Shown here: one piece after another, positions 1 to 9,406 of the stretch
Position numbering within the stretch: position 1 is the first letter of the stretch
Layout: each line of letters starts with the position of its first letter
Assembly (NCBI GenBank): GCA_031370005.1
Contig: JANMPT010000107.1
Location: 1 to 64,000, forward strand
DNA length: 64,000 nt
DNA from: Bdellovibrionales bacterium
Lineage (GTDB): Bacteria; Bdellovibrionota; Bdellovibrionia; Bdellovibrionales; Bdellovibrionaceae
Direction: 5' to 3'
The notes under the pieces: generated by a model
Seen by the model: the letters and a program-made list of their open reading frames with translations, nothing else
The model's database searches: none
What the model was told of the DNA's origin: nothing
Translations under genes and position numbers: made by a program

Positions 1-97
1 TTCTGGTTAAGTCAAAAGGAAGTGATTTCTCAAATCAAAGACATTATTCAAGGACTTGATAGTGATCAAGATGAGGATAAACATGACAGGGGCTCAC

Positions 98-661
98 ATG
101 AAGATGAGAAGTAAATTGGTAGTTTCATTTTTACAGATAGCGGTCTTATTATATTTCCCGTTTGTTTTTGGTAATGAAATTGGAAAAACGGAAAAAAACC
201 CTGTATCAAGTAAGAATATTGTCCCACAAAAAGGGCAAAAAATTTGGACACACAGCTTTAGCCCGAACATTTCTATTCTGTACCCTGAATGCTGGGAGGT
301 AGATTCTATGAGATACAGCGGAAGCCAAGAACATGTCAGTTTTTCACCAAGTGAATCCTGTCAAAAATCTTCTTTAGGAAGATGGTACATTGTATATGGC
401 GATGATGGTTATCAGGCTCTTCATGCCTATGAGGAGCCAAAAAGACACGATAAAAAAAACAAACTCAATGGAGTTAGGGTTAATTTCCGCGAACTTGCTA
501 ACTATTCCGAAGAAAGAAAACCAGCTTGGCTGGCCCAGTTCAAATGTGGCAATATGCTAGAGACCATAAGGTACTTCAGAGACACACGTATTGAACCGAA
601 AAAACATGTGGTTCCAGATGTCTTAAAGCTCGCAGTAAAGGGCTTTCGATGCAAAAAATAA
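98..661 (+). CDS. Secreted hypothetical protein, paralog 1 (possible immunity-like protein)
   Basis: ATG at 98 after AGGGG. Signal-peptide-like N-terminus MKMRSKLVVSFLQIAVLLYF; four conserved Cys; ISILYPECW motif. Confidence 0.8.
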   Translation: MKMRSKLVVSFLQIAVLLYFPFVFGNEIGKTEKNPVSSKNIVPQKGQKIWTHSFSPNISILYPECWEVDSMRYSGSQEHVSFSPSESCQKSSLGRWYIVYGDDGYQALHAYEEPKRHDKKNKLNGVRVNFRELANYSEERKPAWLAQFKCGNMLETIRYFRDTRIEPKKHVVPDVLKLAVKGFRCKK

Positions 662-912
662 AAGTAGAAGCAGAATCATTTTTGAAAATTCAAAAAATAC
701 TAAATTCGAATTATTCTAAAAAAGCCGTTCATTCTTTACATGTGCTCATCGAGGAAATCCAACGAATGACGATTCGCGATTACACAGCAAGTGGAGACTT
801 TTGGTTAAGTCAAAAGGAAGTGATCTCTCAAATCAAAGACATTATCCAAGGACTTGATAGTGATCACGATGAGGATAAGCATGATAGGGGCTCGCATGAA
901 GATGAGAAGTAA
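649..912 (+). pseudogene. 3' remnant of a partner gene overlapping the start of paralog 2
   Basis: The same C-terminal peptide (FWLSQKEVISQIKDIIQGLDSD..EDEK*) precedes all three paralogs. The copy before paralog 3 has an in-frame TAA at 1510-1512. Confidence 0.6.
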
Positions 913-1456
913 ATTGGTAGTTTCATTTTTACATATAGCGGTCTTATTATATTTCCAGATTTCTTTTGGTAGTGAGATCGGAAAAACGGGAAAAAACTCT
1001 GTATCGGGTAAGAACATTGCCCCGCAGAAGAGACAAAAAATATGGGAATACGACCCTCTCCCTAATATTTCTATTCTGTACCCGGAATGTTGGCGTATTA
1101 TTTCTCAGAGATCAGTCGGAAATCATGAGCTTGTTAGCTTTCTCCCTACAGATGCATGTTCCAGATCCCCGCTGGGCCGTTGGGAAATTAGGTATGGCGA
1201 ATTTGGAGACATATTCTTCAAAATTCCTGAACCAAAAAGACTCAGTAAAAAAATCAAACTCAATGGTGTCAATGTCAATTTTCGAGAACTTGTTGACTAC
1301 TCTGTAGATGGAGACCCAACTTGGCAAGCCCAGTTCAAATGTGGCGATGCACTAGAGACCATCGATTACTTCAGAGACAAACGTATTGAACCGAAAAAAC
1401 ATGTGGTTCCAGATGTCCTAAAGCTCGCTGTAAAGGGCTTTCGATGCAAAAAATAA
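896..1456 (+). CDS. Secreted hypothetical protein, paralog 2
   Basis: Same N- and C-termini and Cys pattern as paralog 1, with a divergent core. Confidence 0.8.
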   Translation: MKMRSKLVVSFLHIAVLLYFQISFGSEIGKTGKNSVSGKNIAPQKRQKIWEYDPLPNISILYPECWRIISQRSVGNHELVSFLPTDACSRSPLGRWEIRYGEFGDIFFKIPEPKRLSKKIKLNGVNVNFRELVDYSVDGDPTWQAQFKCGDALETIDYFRDKRIEPKKHVVPDVLKLAVKGFRCKK

Positions 1457-1576
1457 AAGCTTACGCAGCAAGTGGAGATTTCTGGTTAAGTCAAAAGGAA
1501 GTGATCTCTTAAATCAAAGACATTATTCAAGGACTTGATAGTGATCAAGATGAGGATAAACATCACGGGGGCTCAC

Positions 1577-2137
1577 ATGAAGATGAGAAGTAAATTGGTA
1601 GTTTCATTTTTACAGATAGCGGTCTTATTTTATTTCCCGATTGCTTTTGGTAATATAATTGCAAGAACTGAAAAAAACTCTGTATCGAGTAAAAAAATTG
1701 TCCCACAGAAGGGGCAAAAAATTTGGACACACAGTTTTTACCCGAGCATTTCTAGTGCTTATCCAGAATGCTGGGAGGAGTCTCCTCGGGTGCCAGGCGG
1801 AAATCAAGCAGATGGCACGTTTTCCCCAACGGAAGCCTGTCAAAAGTCCCCCCTAGGCCACTGGCGCATGAGCTATGATGCTATTGGAAAAGGGCTTTAC
1901 AATTTTCCTGAACCAAAAAGGCACGACAAAAAAAATATACTCAATGGAGTTAGGGTAAATTTTTATGGACCGACCGACTCCCACGAAGGGGAAGGGCCAA
2001 CTTGGCTAGCCCTGTTCAAGTGTGGCGATGTGCTAGTGACCATAAAGTACTTCAAAGACACACGTATTGAACCGAAAAAACATGAGGTCCCGGATGTCTT
2101 AAAGCTCGCAATAAAGGGCTTTCGATGCAAAAAATAA
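1577..2137 (+). CDS. Secreted hypothetical protein, paralog 3
   Basis: Same N- and C-termini and Cys pattern as paralog 1, with a divergent core. Confidence 0.8.
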   Translation: MKMRSKLVVSFLQIAVLFYFPIAFGNIIARTEKNSVSSKKIVPQKGQKIWTHSFYPSISSAYPECWEESPRVPGGNQADGTFSPTEACQKSPLGHWRMSYDAIGKGLYNFPEPKRHDKKNILNGVRVNFYGPTDSHEGEGPTWLALFKCGDVLVTIKYFKDTRIEPKKHEVPDVLKLAIKGFRCKK

Positions 2138-2160
2138 AAGAGGAAGCCGGGCAAGATCGA

Positions 2161-2580
2161 TTACTTGGGATTTTCCTTCTGATCAATAATCTCCCAAGCG
2201 CCATTGGTTTTTTTAAGCTTTAAGCTGTAGCTTTTGACTTCCTTCGCCGCTTTCGCTTTATCCTTCCACTCCTTGCCAGAAATAGTTTTCAACTCTGCAT
2301 ATAAACTCTTAGGCAAAGTCTCAATCACTAAGCGAGCCGTGGCTGCATTATCATCCTGTAACTCAACGCTATCTATATCAATCCGCGTATTTGCCTTGAT
2401 GAAGTCAGCGAAAACCTTTTGCTGTTCCTGATCAATGAAATTCTCCTTGCCCGCAATTGAGGCCTCATTATCAAACTTCTCTGCCGAAAGAGCCAAGGCC
2501 TTATTCCTAATGCTTTGCTTAGTGCAGCCAGAGAAAACCAAAAGGAAACTGATTGAAACAATGCTAATTATTTTTTTCAT
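2161..2580 (-). CDS. Hypothetical lipoprotein
   Basis: MKKIISIVSISFLLVFSGC is a lipobox signal; start placed at ATG 2580. Confidence 0.75.
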   Translation of the reverse strand: MKKIISIVSISFLLVFSGCTKQSIRNKALALSAEKFDNEASIAGKENFIDQEQQKVFADFIKANTRIDIDSVELQDDNAATARLVIETLPKSLYAELKTISGKEWKDKAKAAKEVKSYSLKLKKTNGAWEIIDQKENPK

Positions 2581-2593
2581 AAGACTTTTTAGC

Positions 2594-2630
2594 AAAAAAA
2601 ACCCTTCGAGTCATCACTCTCGAAGGGTTT
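2594..2630 (-). terminator. Rho-independent terminator after flgE
   Basis: 12-bp stem AAACCCTTCGAG/CTCGAAGGGTTT followed by a U-tract on the minus strand. Confidence 0.85.
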
Positions 2631-2660
2631 GACATGCTTAGATGTTAATTACTCCTAAGA

Positions 2661-3944
2661 TTATCTCTTCAACTGGATAACTTCGTTCAAAAGCTCATCC
2701 GTTGTTGTAATTGTTTTGGCATTGGCCTGAAAACCTCGCTGATTTTGAATCATATTGACGAACTCCGTCGCTAAATCCACCGTAGAGCGCTCTAAAGACT
2801 TCGCAAACAATTTACCGCGGCCAGATGCGCCCGGAGCACCCATTGATGCACCACCGGAATCTCTAGATTCTTTCAAGCGATTGTTACCAACTTTGAAGAG
2901 AGCCTCTGGGTTTTCGAACTTCGCAAGGGCGATCTGGGCTAAATCCGCCGCTTGACCGTTAGAGTAAACAGCTGTCAGATTTCCTTCGTCATTAAATGAC
3001 AAGGAAGTGATCGTTCCTGCTGCTGCGCCATCTTGGTTCCAGCTAATCAAGTCAGAATTCTTGCCGTATTGTTTTGTGCCATCAAGACCTTTGCCACCAG
3101 CTTTGATTGCGTCCCCGAAGTTCATTTTTATTTTTTGATCTTGAAGCGCACCACCCTTGAAGTTGAAAGACGATTCTGTCACTTCTTGGCTGTCGAGCTT
3201 ACCATCAACCGTAAATACTAACTTACCCGCACACACTTGGGACATTTGGCCTTCTTCGCCGCCAGAAACCTCTTTGCCATCAACCAAGCCATGGAATGAC
3301 CATTCTCTATCTGCTGTTTTATTGAAAAACATGCTCAGTAAATGCTTATTACCTTGTGAATCGTACATCTCAACGCCCGTTGAGTAATGAGATGTAGAGT
3401 ATGGATCTTTTCTATCGAATTTCTTGGTCGCTTCCTTGCGTGAATCCAGGTTCAGATCCAATTTAACTTCGGATGTTCCCTTTGCTGGAATCAGCGCTCG
3501 CGGGAATTTGATATCAGCCATTTTGTTCAAGATATTTCCCTTTTCATCAGCCTGAAAGCCTTGAACACGTTGATTGTCATTTGTGACCAGGTAGCCTTCA
3601 CGGTCAAAGTGGAAAGAGCCATCGCGAGTGAAGGAATCACCGTCTGAGCCTTTCACCTTGAAGTAACCATCACCAGAAACCGCAAGATCCGTTACTTTTT
3701 CAGTCGCATCCACGTTACCTTGAGATAGAATAGGATTTACCGCGCCGATTTTCACACCACGACCTATTTGGTTACCACCGAGAATCCCTTTTAAATTTTT
3801 TGAAATAATGTCTTGAAATTCTGCGCGGCTTGCTTTGAAACCGATAGTGTTCGCATTTGCGATATTGTCTGATATAACCCCCAAGGCTTCGCCTTGAGCT
3901 GACATACCCGATACACCCGTGTACAGTGATGAAAGAATACCCAT
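2661..3944 (-). CDS. flgE: Flagellar hook protein FlgE
   Basis: N-terminal SGMSAQ..ISDNIANANTIGFK; TRDGSF; C-terminal LERSTVDLATEFVNMIQNQRGFQANAKTITT. Confidence 0.97.
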   Translation of the reverse strand: MGILSSLYTGVSGMSAQGEALGVISDNIANANTIGFKASRAEFQDIISKNLKGILGGNQIGRGVKIGAVNPILSQGNVDATEKVTDLAVSGDGYFKVKGSDGDSFTRDGSFHFDREGYLVTNDNQRVQGFQADEKGNILNKMADIKFPRALIPAKGTSEVKLDLNLDSRKEATKKFDRKDPYSTSHYSTGVEMYDSQGNKHLLSMFFNKTADREWSFHGLVDGKEVSGGEEGQMSQVCAGKLVFTVDGKLDSQEVTESSFNFKGGALQDQKIKMNFGDAIKAGGKGLDGTKQYGKNSDLISWNQDGAAAGTITSLSFNDEGNLTAVYSNGQAADLAQIALAKFENPEALFKVGNNRLKESRDSGGASMGAPGASGRGKLFAKSLERSTVDLATEFVNMIQNQRGFQANAKTITTTDELLNEVIQLKR

Positions 3945-4043
3945 ATGACCTCCATGTCATTCGACGTCTTCATTCGGAATCCGTCGTATTTTGGAGGGCC
4001 CCCTCAATGAGGTCCGGCCCTAATTATTAATTTTTCTAAAAAC

Positions 4044-4460
4044 CTACATTACTATTGTGCTATCGATGTTGGTAAAGACGTTCTCCTTCAAAGCCATTTT
4101 ATCCATCACCGTTACCACTGTATTGTTCTTCACACTCACGATCAAAGCTGAATCATTCATCAAGATCAGCGAGTCTTTGGAACCTTTTGCAGCCGCCTTC
4201 CCAACAGCTTCACTTAATCTTGAGATATCCTCTGGACTAAATGTAATTCCGCGCGTTCTCATTCTATCAATTGCATGGTTTGAAAACTTGATTCCATCCC
4301 TTGCAGTGACCTGTGCTGAACCCTGTTTCGCGGGGCCTTGCAAAGTGCCCAAACTATCCAGAGTTTCTTTAAAAGAAGGTACATTGCCAACGGGGCTTTT
4401 AGTTCCCGTTGTTGGCGTTGGTATTAAGCTTTCAAAGCTTGTAACCTTTTTCAAGTCCAC
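4044..4460 (-). CDS. Flagellar operon protein (TIGR02530-like)
   Basis: FSNHAIDRMRTRGI...SVKNNTVVT..D....NVFTNIDS motif; located between flgD and flgE. Confidence 0.9.
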   Translation of the reverse strand: MDLKKVTSFESLIPTPTTGTKSPVGNVPSFKETLDSLGTLQGPAKQGSAQVTARDGIKFSNHAIDRMRTRGITFSPEDISRLSEAVGKAAAKGSKDSLILMNDSALIVSVKNNTVVTVMDKMALKENVFTNIDSTIVM

Positions 4461-5468
4461 TTATTTCATCTCCTTCGCAAGCTTTGACATCATCTCGCGG
4501 GATAATCCCACATTTTCCATGATGTTGCTTTTTGCCACTGCAACAGAAGGAGTTGCTTTTGCAGACTCTTTATTACCCTCTTTTTTAGTTTCTTCTACAG
4601 GAGCCTGCTTTTTCAAGTCCTGTGCGGTAACATCTGTTACTTTCTGGTCGTTACTCATAAGGCTTGGGTCTGTAATCTTACGAACATCACGCATTTTAAT
4701 TGTCTGATTCCCGACCAACAGCACGGGACCTTCATTGGTATAATTAATGCCGGTGATAATTCCGTCGAAGTCTGTCTTCACCGCTATCTTTTTTTCTCCT
4801 GCTTTTGCTTCGATCGCAAATTTGTACTCTCCAGGATTGAGGCTCTGACCTCTTTCGTCTTGTCCGTTCCAAGTGATTTTGTTCTCACCCTTCTTCAGAG
4901 CCTTCATATCATATGTTCTTACAACCTCTCCATCAGAGTTGAATACTTTAATATTCGCTTCTGTTGTATCCATCGGAAGACTGAACTTAAATTCATGTTC
5001 CTTATCACCTGCTGCACGCGTCAGTTTTGAAGAATCCCCTGCTACAGCTTTACCAATGAGATTAATCGCTTGATAATTCTCCTGCGGCTTTTGAGCCATT
5101 TTCATCTCAGTCAAAGTTGCATTCATATTCTGCATTTGCTCGAGACCAGAAAAATTCGCAAGCTGTGCGGCCATCTCATGACTTTTCAAAGGATTCGTTG
5201 GATCTTGATTCTTCATTTGCGCGATCATCAACTTAAAAAAGGCATCTTTATCAAGCTTATCATTACCGGCTGTTCTCATTTTTTTCGCTGGATCCACGTA
5301 ATTTGGATCTGCAATTTTATTAAGAACGTCGCCGACACTTTGATCGCCAAATGTTTTTTGATCTTTCACGGATAAATTTTTGGCAGTGTTATTCATTTCA
5401 CTTGCTGGCATACTCCCTTGAATATCACCAAAAGCTTTTGTACCTAACTTCACTCCCATAGTACCCAT
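4461..5468 (-). CDS. flgD: Flagellar hook capping protein FlgD
   Basis: DAFFKLMIAQMKNQDPTNP..QLANFSGLEQ; FlgD-Ig motif WNGQDERG. Confidence 0.95.
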   Translation of the reverse strand: MGTMGVKLGTKAFGDIQGSMPASEMNNTAKNLSVKDQKTFGDQSVGDVLNKIADPNYVDPAKKMRTAGNDKLDKDAFFKLMIAQMKNQDPTNPLKSHEMAAQLANFSGLEQMQNMNATLTEMKMAQKPQENYQAINLIGKAVAGDSSKLTRAAGDKEHEFKFSLPMDTTEANIKVFNSDGEVVRTYDMKALKKGENKITWNGQDERGQSLNPGEYKFAIEAKAGEKKIAVKTDFDGIITGINYTNEGPVLLVGNQTIKMRDVRKITDPSLMSNDQKVTDVTAQDLKKQAPVEETKKEGNKESAKATPSVAVAKSNIMENVGLSREMMSKLAKEMK

Positions 5469-5503
5469 AAAGTCACCCTTCCTTGGATGTTATTACCTGT
5501 TAG

Positions 5504-7351
5504 CTACGCGACCAGATTAAGACCCTTGCCTTTTCCTGCAGCTGCGTAATTATTCGCACGCGCTGTTTGGGCTGGCTCAATGCCTTGATCAGTTCTTGGG
5601 CGCGGATAGCCTCGTAAATTTGGTAAATCAGTGAAACCTTCTCTTTGTTGATTTGGCGAACCAAAGTTTTCACTGAAATTATTCCAGAACTGACGAGTCT
5701 GATCACGCGTTCCTTGATGCTGATTCATCTGGTTTTGTGTATTGTTTTCGGTATTTGTCCCGGCCACAACATCTATCTTAATATGATCCATCGAAAGTTT
5801 GTGCGCCGCCAAGCTGTTTTTCAGATCTGACAGACTACTTTCAAGAGTTTTTTTGGCCTCTTGAGTATCTGCTGACATCTGTACATTCACCTTGCCGTCT
5901 TGGACCAAGACTTTCATATTGATCTTGCCCATTCCCTCAGGAGTCATCTCGATTTTCATCTCGCCGCCGCCTTTTTTAATCAGGTATTGAGCCTGATTCA
6001 TCAGTTGGCGCACGTTGGCTTCATTTTCTGCCTTGCTCGGAGCCGCAGCAGCCGAAGCTCCTGCCGTGGTGGCACCTGTTGCAATCTCTTGCTTCAAATG
6101 CCGCTGATCTTGGAAACCCTCGAGGCCTAAAGTCTTTTTGAAATCTGACTTTTCAGCACTTTTTGTTTTCGCAAGAATCTCACCTTTCGCAGTGTGACCT
6201 TGGGACTGAGTAGAGCCATCTTGCTGCTGCTGGTTTTTTCCGAACTCAAAACCCTTGGGCTGTCCTTGAGACGATCCCTCGACAATATTGACTGACGCCT
6301 TCTCCACATGGGATTTTCCTGACAGAGGCTCCTTAGAAACCGAGGACTCAATGCCCTCAGAAGAGCTGTCTTCAAACTCCGAAGCCATCGCCTTCACTTC
6401 TCGAGCCTCCGTTTTTGGTACCGCCGCAGCTGCCGTCGCCATAACCTCAACATCTTGCACAGAATCTTGTGTAGTGTCCTGTGCAGTCTCTTGCGCAATG
6501 CCTTGTGCTGGGTCTTTCTTTGCCACCTCGGCATACTTCGCGTTCATTAAACTTTCATCCAACTGAAGATGTTGAGATTGAGGTTGAGTCATCTTTTCTT
6601 GCATGTTCATTTGCGCAAGCTTATCCGCCAGACCAACTTCCCCACCTGCCTCACGAGGGACATTTGCGCCCTTCATCCAAAACTTCTGATTCATACTGTC
6701 TAGCGACTGATTTAGAACCTCGCGTTTTTCATGTGCAGTTGCAAAACGTTGCCCGGCACCAATGCCAATCACCTCGGTCTCCGCTTTAGGCGGTGCCAAT
6801 GGCTGCTGTGCATTTTGATTAATTTGAGCCAGTTGAGCAAGCAAGCCAACATACATCGCCTTGGCCTGATCCTCCTGCCGATCATCCAAGCCCAATTGCC
6901 CAATAACTTGATCGGCAGTTGCCTCTGGAGCTTCTGCCTGGTCAGTGGGTTCTAGGTTTGCCATCGCCTCCACGATTCTCGTGGGAGGGACACCGAATTC
7001 ACTCTCGAAAGAGTCCATGAAGTTCAGTATCGCGTTCTGTCTCTGGCTGCTACCTTTTACCTTTTTTTCTTCCCCGTTATCTTTTATCGCTCTTAGCTGT
7101 TCAACTTTCTCATCTGATTCTGGACGCCGTTTTCCTTCTTGATCTGCTCGGACTATTTTATCCGGAGCACTCTCTTGAATTGACCGTTCTGGTTCTGCCC
7201 TTCCGGGCTTTGCCTCGTCCCTCTTTAGCATCTGGCCAAAGGAATCAGACCCAGCTTTCTTCTCATCTCTTGAGTTCTCCGCATTCGGACTCCCAGAAGA
7301 CTTGAAGTCGGCGACACCCTTTAAGGGGGGTCCGACAATTGATTGTAACAA
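5504..7351 (-). CDS. fliK: Flagellar hook-length control protein FliK
   Basis: Low-complexity N-terminus and C-terminal FliK domain (IEMTPEGMGKINMKV...LKNSLAAHKL). TTG start after AGGAGG. Confidence 0.88.
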   Translation of the reverse strand: MLQSIVGPPLKGVADFKSSGSPNAENSRDEKKAGSDSFGQMLKRDEAKPGRAEPERSIQESAPDKIVRADQEGKRRPESDEKVEQLRAIKDNGEEKKVKGSSQRQNAILNFMDSFESEFGVPPTRIVEAMANLEPTDQAEAPEATADQVIGQLGLDDRQEDQAKAMYVGLLAQLAQINQNAQQPLAPPKAETEVIGIGAGQRFATAHEKREVLNQSLDSMNQKFWMKGANVPREAGGEVGLADKLAQMNMQEKMTQPQSQHLQLDESLMNAKYAEVAKKDPAQGIAQETAQDTTQDSVQDVEVMATAAAAVPKTEAREVKAMASEFEDSSSEGIESSVSKEPLSGKSHVEKASVNIVEGSSQGQPKGFEFGKNQQQQDGSTQSQGHTAKGEILAKTKSAEKSDFKKTLGLEGFQDQRHLKQEIATGATTAGASAAAAPSKAENEANVRQLMNQAQYLIKKGGGEMKIEMTPEGMGKINMKVLVQDGKVNVQMSADTQEAKKTLESSLSDLKNSLAAHKLSMDHIKIDVVAGTNTENNTQNQMNQHQGTRDQTRQFWNNFSENFGSPNQQREGFTDLPNLRGYPRPRTDQGIEPAQTARANNYAAAGKGKGLNLVA

Positions 7352-7388
7352 AATCCTTCCTCCTTCCTGGAAAAAGATCACTTACCAT

Positions 7389-8204
7389 TTACTTTCTTTT
7401 ATATCCCGCAAACTTCTCTGTAAGCACTTGTGCCTTATCAGCCTTCAATAGACTCATTATATCCGCAGCATTTTTCTTTTTCATACGACCAAGAATGTCT
7501 ACCGCCAAATCCTCGTCCATTGTCTCTATGACCTTCGCCGCTGCCGGGGGCTTCATATCTGAATACATTTGGACTAAGGTATCGATTTTCTTATCATCAC
7601 CCTTAACCTTCTCCTCCAACACACTTGAAATACCTCGACGGATGTCTTCAAGGTCCTTGAGTCTTTTATTCAACTCTTCCTTCTGAGTTTGGAGTTCTTG
7701 TTCTGCGCGTGCGAGCTCTTCTTCGCGTTCATCAAGTTCTTTTTTTCTCTCATTGAGTTTAGAGAGATGATCAATCTCGTCATCTGATAGTGATTTTTTT
7801 GCTTCCACAACTGGCACATCATTTTTGCTAACAGCAGCACCTTCAGGCTTTGTTGCAGCTACTTTTGATTTTGCAGGAGCATCCTCTGCAAAAGCGATCC
7901 CTGAAAACGAAATTTCAATCCGTTTTACATAATGCTCAACTTGTTCGTAATTTTGGAATCCCCAAGCAGTGGCTACTAAGCCGAAGAAAGAAAGTCCCAT
8001 CAACTTCCAGGGAATTGATTTTCTTTTTTTCTTTGGCCTTTGATTCGGCTTCATGCCCATGCGAAGTTTAAGCTGTTTTTCGATATCTTCTTCATTAAGC
8101 TCAAAGTGAACCTTGGAAGTTGAAAATTGGCGCGAAGGCTTTTCGCCATCGTTAGCTGCTTTGCGGGCATTTTTGAAAAATTGATCGTATCCACTGTTTT
8201 TCAT
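7389..8204 (-). CDS. MotE/FlbB-family flagellar protein
   Basis: TM segment, coiled coil and YSDMKPPAAAKVIETMDEDLAVDILGRMK motif; lies between fliJ and fliK. Confidence 0.8.
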   Translation of the reverse strand: MKNSGYDQFFKNARKAANDGEKPSRQFSTSKVHFELNEEDIEKQLKLRMGMKPNQRPKKKRKSIPWKLMGLSFFGLVATAWGFQNYEQVEHYVKRIEISFSGIAFAEDAPAKSKVAATKPEGAAVSKNDVPVVEAKKSLSDDEIDHLSKLNERKKELDEREEELARAEQELQTQKEELNKRLKDLEDIRRGISSVLEEKVKGDDKKIDTLVQMYSDMKPPAAAKVIETMDEDLAVDILGRMKKKNAADIMSLLKADKAQVLTEKFAGYKRK

Positions 8205-8285
8205 TACTCTTAGCTTATCGGTTGCACGGATTCACCGCAAAAAATCTATGCAAGACTCGACCAAATTTTTTAAAATCCTATGAAA

Positions 8286-8876
8286 TTACTCGCCAGACTT
8301 TTGGGAAGGAGCCAGGGGCACCGCAAAGGGGCTTGTGGTTTGCGTAAGAACGCTCGTAATCCAGTTTCTTTGATCAATCAAACACTCAGAAGAAATTACA
8401 CGGTAGCGCTCAATAGGAAAACCATAGCTCGTTTCGACCCAGCCCCAGCCGCTCCAGTCAAGAGTATGCTCGTAATAGTAAGCATCCTTGCCATCGCGCA
8501 CAGAGCGTGTTTCACGGTGATAGCTTAAAAGTGGAAAATGCACCTTTAGCACACCACTAGATTGCAACTGGGCTTCTGCGAGTTCATCAAATGCGCAATT
8601 ATAATAGCCATCCACACTGCGCACACGGCCTTGAATTGTCTCGCCGATTTTAACGTCTCGACCTGTTGGCAAGGTGTATTGAAAGAACCAGTTTACTGCA
8701 ATGCCGTTACTGTAATAACTTTCAGTCATCCACGTAGCAGTCCCATTGAACTCATTGATCTGGATAAGCTTGGAGCCATCCTCTGTGCTCCAGGAACCCT
8801 CTAGGGCACTTGTAGCTTTGGAAAAATAAGGGGTCAAAAGACAAAGACCTAAAATAGAAAAGTAATGCTTTTTCAT
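8286..8876 (-). CDS. Secreted hypothetical protein within the flagellar operon
   Basis: Signal peptide MKKHYFSILGLCLL..; GAGG RBS; beta-rich aromatic sequence. Confidence 0.7.
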   Translation of the reverse strand: MKKHYFSILGLCLLTPYFSKATSALEGSWSTEDGSKLIQINEFNGTATWMTESYYSNGIAVNWFFQYTLPTGRDVKIGETIQGRVRSVDGYYNCAFDELAEAQLQSSGVLKVHFPLLSYHRETRSVRDGKDAYYYEHTLDWSGWGWVETSYGFPIERYRVISSECLIDQRNWITSVLTQTTSPFAVPLAPSQKSGE

Positions 8877-8941
8877 TGAAAACCTCATTGCGGCAAGTGG
8901 TAACATTCGCAATGAGTCTTGGCAAGGCAGTTCTCAGGATT

Positions 8942-9391
8942 TTACATGATTTCCCGGCGTTTAAAACGAAGGATGCTCTGCTCATCCATTTCTTTTTGTT
9001 CTTCCGACTCACGTTCGCTGCGGTACTCGTTCAGCTTCTTTTCTTTGAGCTTACTAATAATTTTAGTCTCGACCGCAGCCTGACGTAATAATACGTTCTT
9101 TTCCTCAACTATTTTTTCTTGGTTTAAAATTTTCGCTTTTTGAATCTGAATAAGAATTTTCTGATTTCTTTGAAACTCGCTAATCTGACTGAGTGCCGGC
9201 CCTTGTGTCCCGCCCTGGCTCTGCAGAGTCCCAGCCCTTATATGAGCCCCATGCACAGCTTCTTCCATTTCTTGCAGACACTTTTGCAATACATGAAGTT
9301 CGCTCAGCACATCTTGATAATCCTTCTGAGCAAAGTTCTCTTTAATCTTTCTGTGATCTAAAACTTTTTGAAGCGAAAATTTAAATTTCAT
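8942..9391 (-). CDS. fliJ: Flagellar export protein FliJ
   Basis: MKFKFSLQKVLDHRK...EEQKEMDE; directly after fliI. Confidence 0.92.
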   Translation of the reverse strand: MKFKFSLQKVLDHRKIKENFAQKDYQDVLSELHVLQKCLQEMEEAVHGAHIRAGTLQSQGGTQGPALSQISEFQRNQKILIQIQKAKILNQEKIVEEKNVLLRQAAVETKIISKLKEKKLNEYRSERESEEQKEMDEQSILRFKRREIM

Positions 9392-9406
9392 AAATCTTTC
9401 ATAGGG

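Larger units (their letters stand above)
1..2137 (+). repeat. Tandem array of three ~0.7-0.8 kb paralogous cassettes (may extend left of the window)
   Basis: TT(C/T)TGGTTAAGTCAAAAGGAAGTGAT recurs at 1, 799 and 1480 (periods 798 and 681 bp). All three genes end in near-identical DNA encoding RIEPKKH(V/E)VPDVLKLA(V/I)KGFRCKK. Confidence 0.95.

Noticed and set aside
1..2137. Diversity-generating retroelement or CRISPR explanation for the repeats
   Set aside because: The units are whole genes, the variation is not limited to a short C-terminal region, there is no reverse transcriptase or cas gene in the window, and there is no short repeat-spacer periodicity.
8249..8263. Sigma54-like TGGTCGAGTCTTGCA upstream of the motE-like gene
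   Set aside because: GG to GC spacing is 9, not the required 10.
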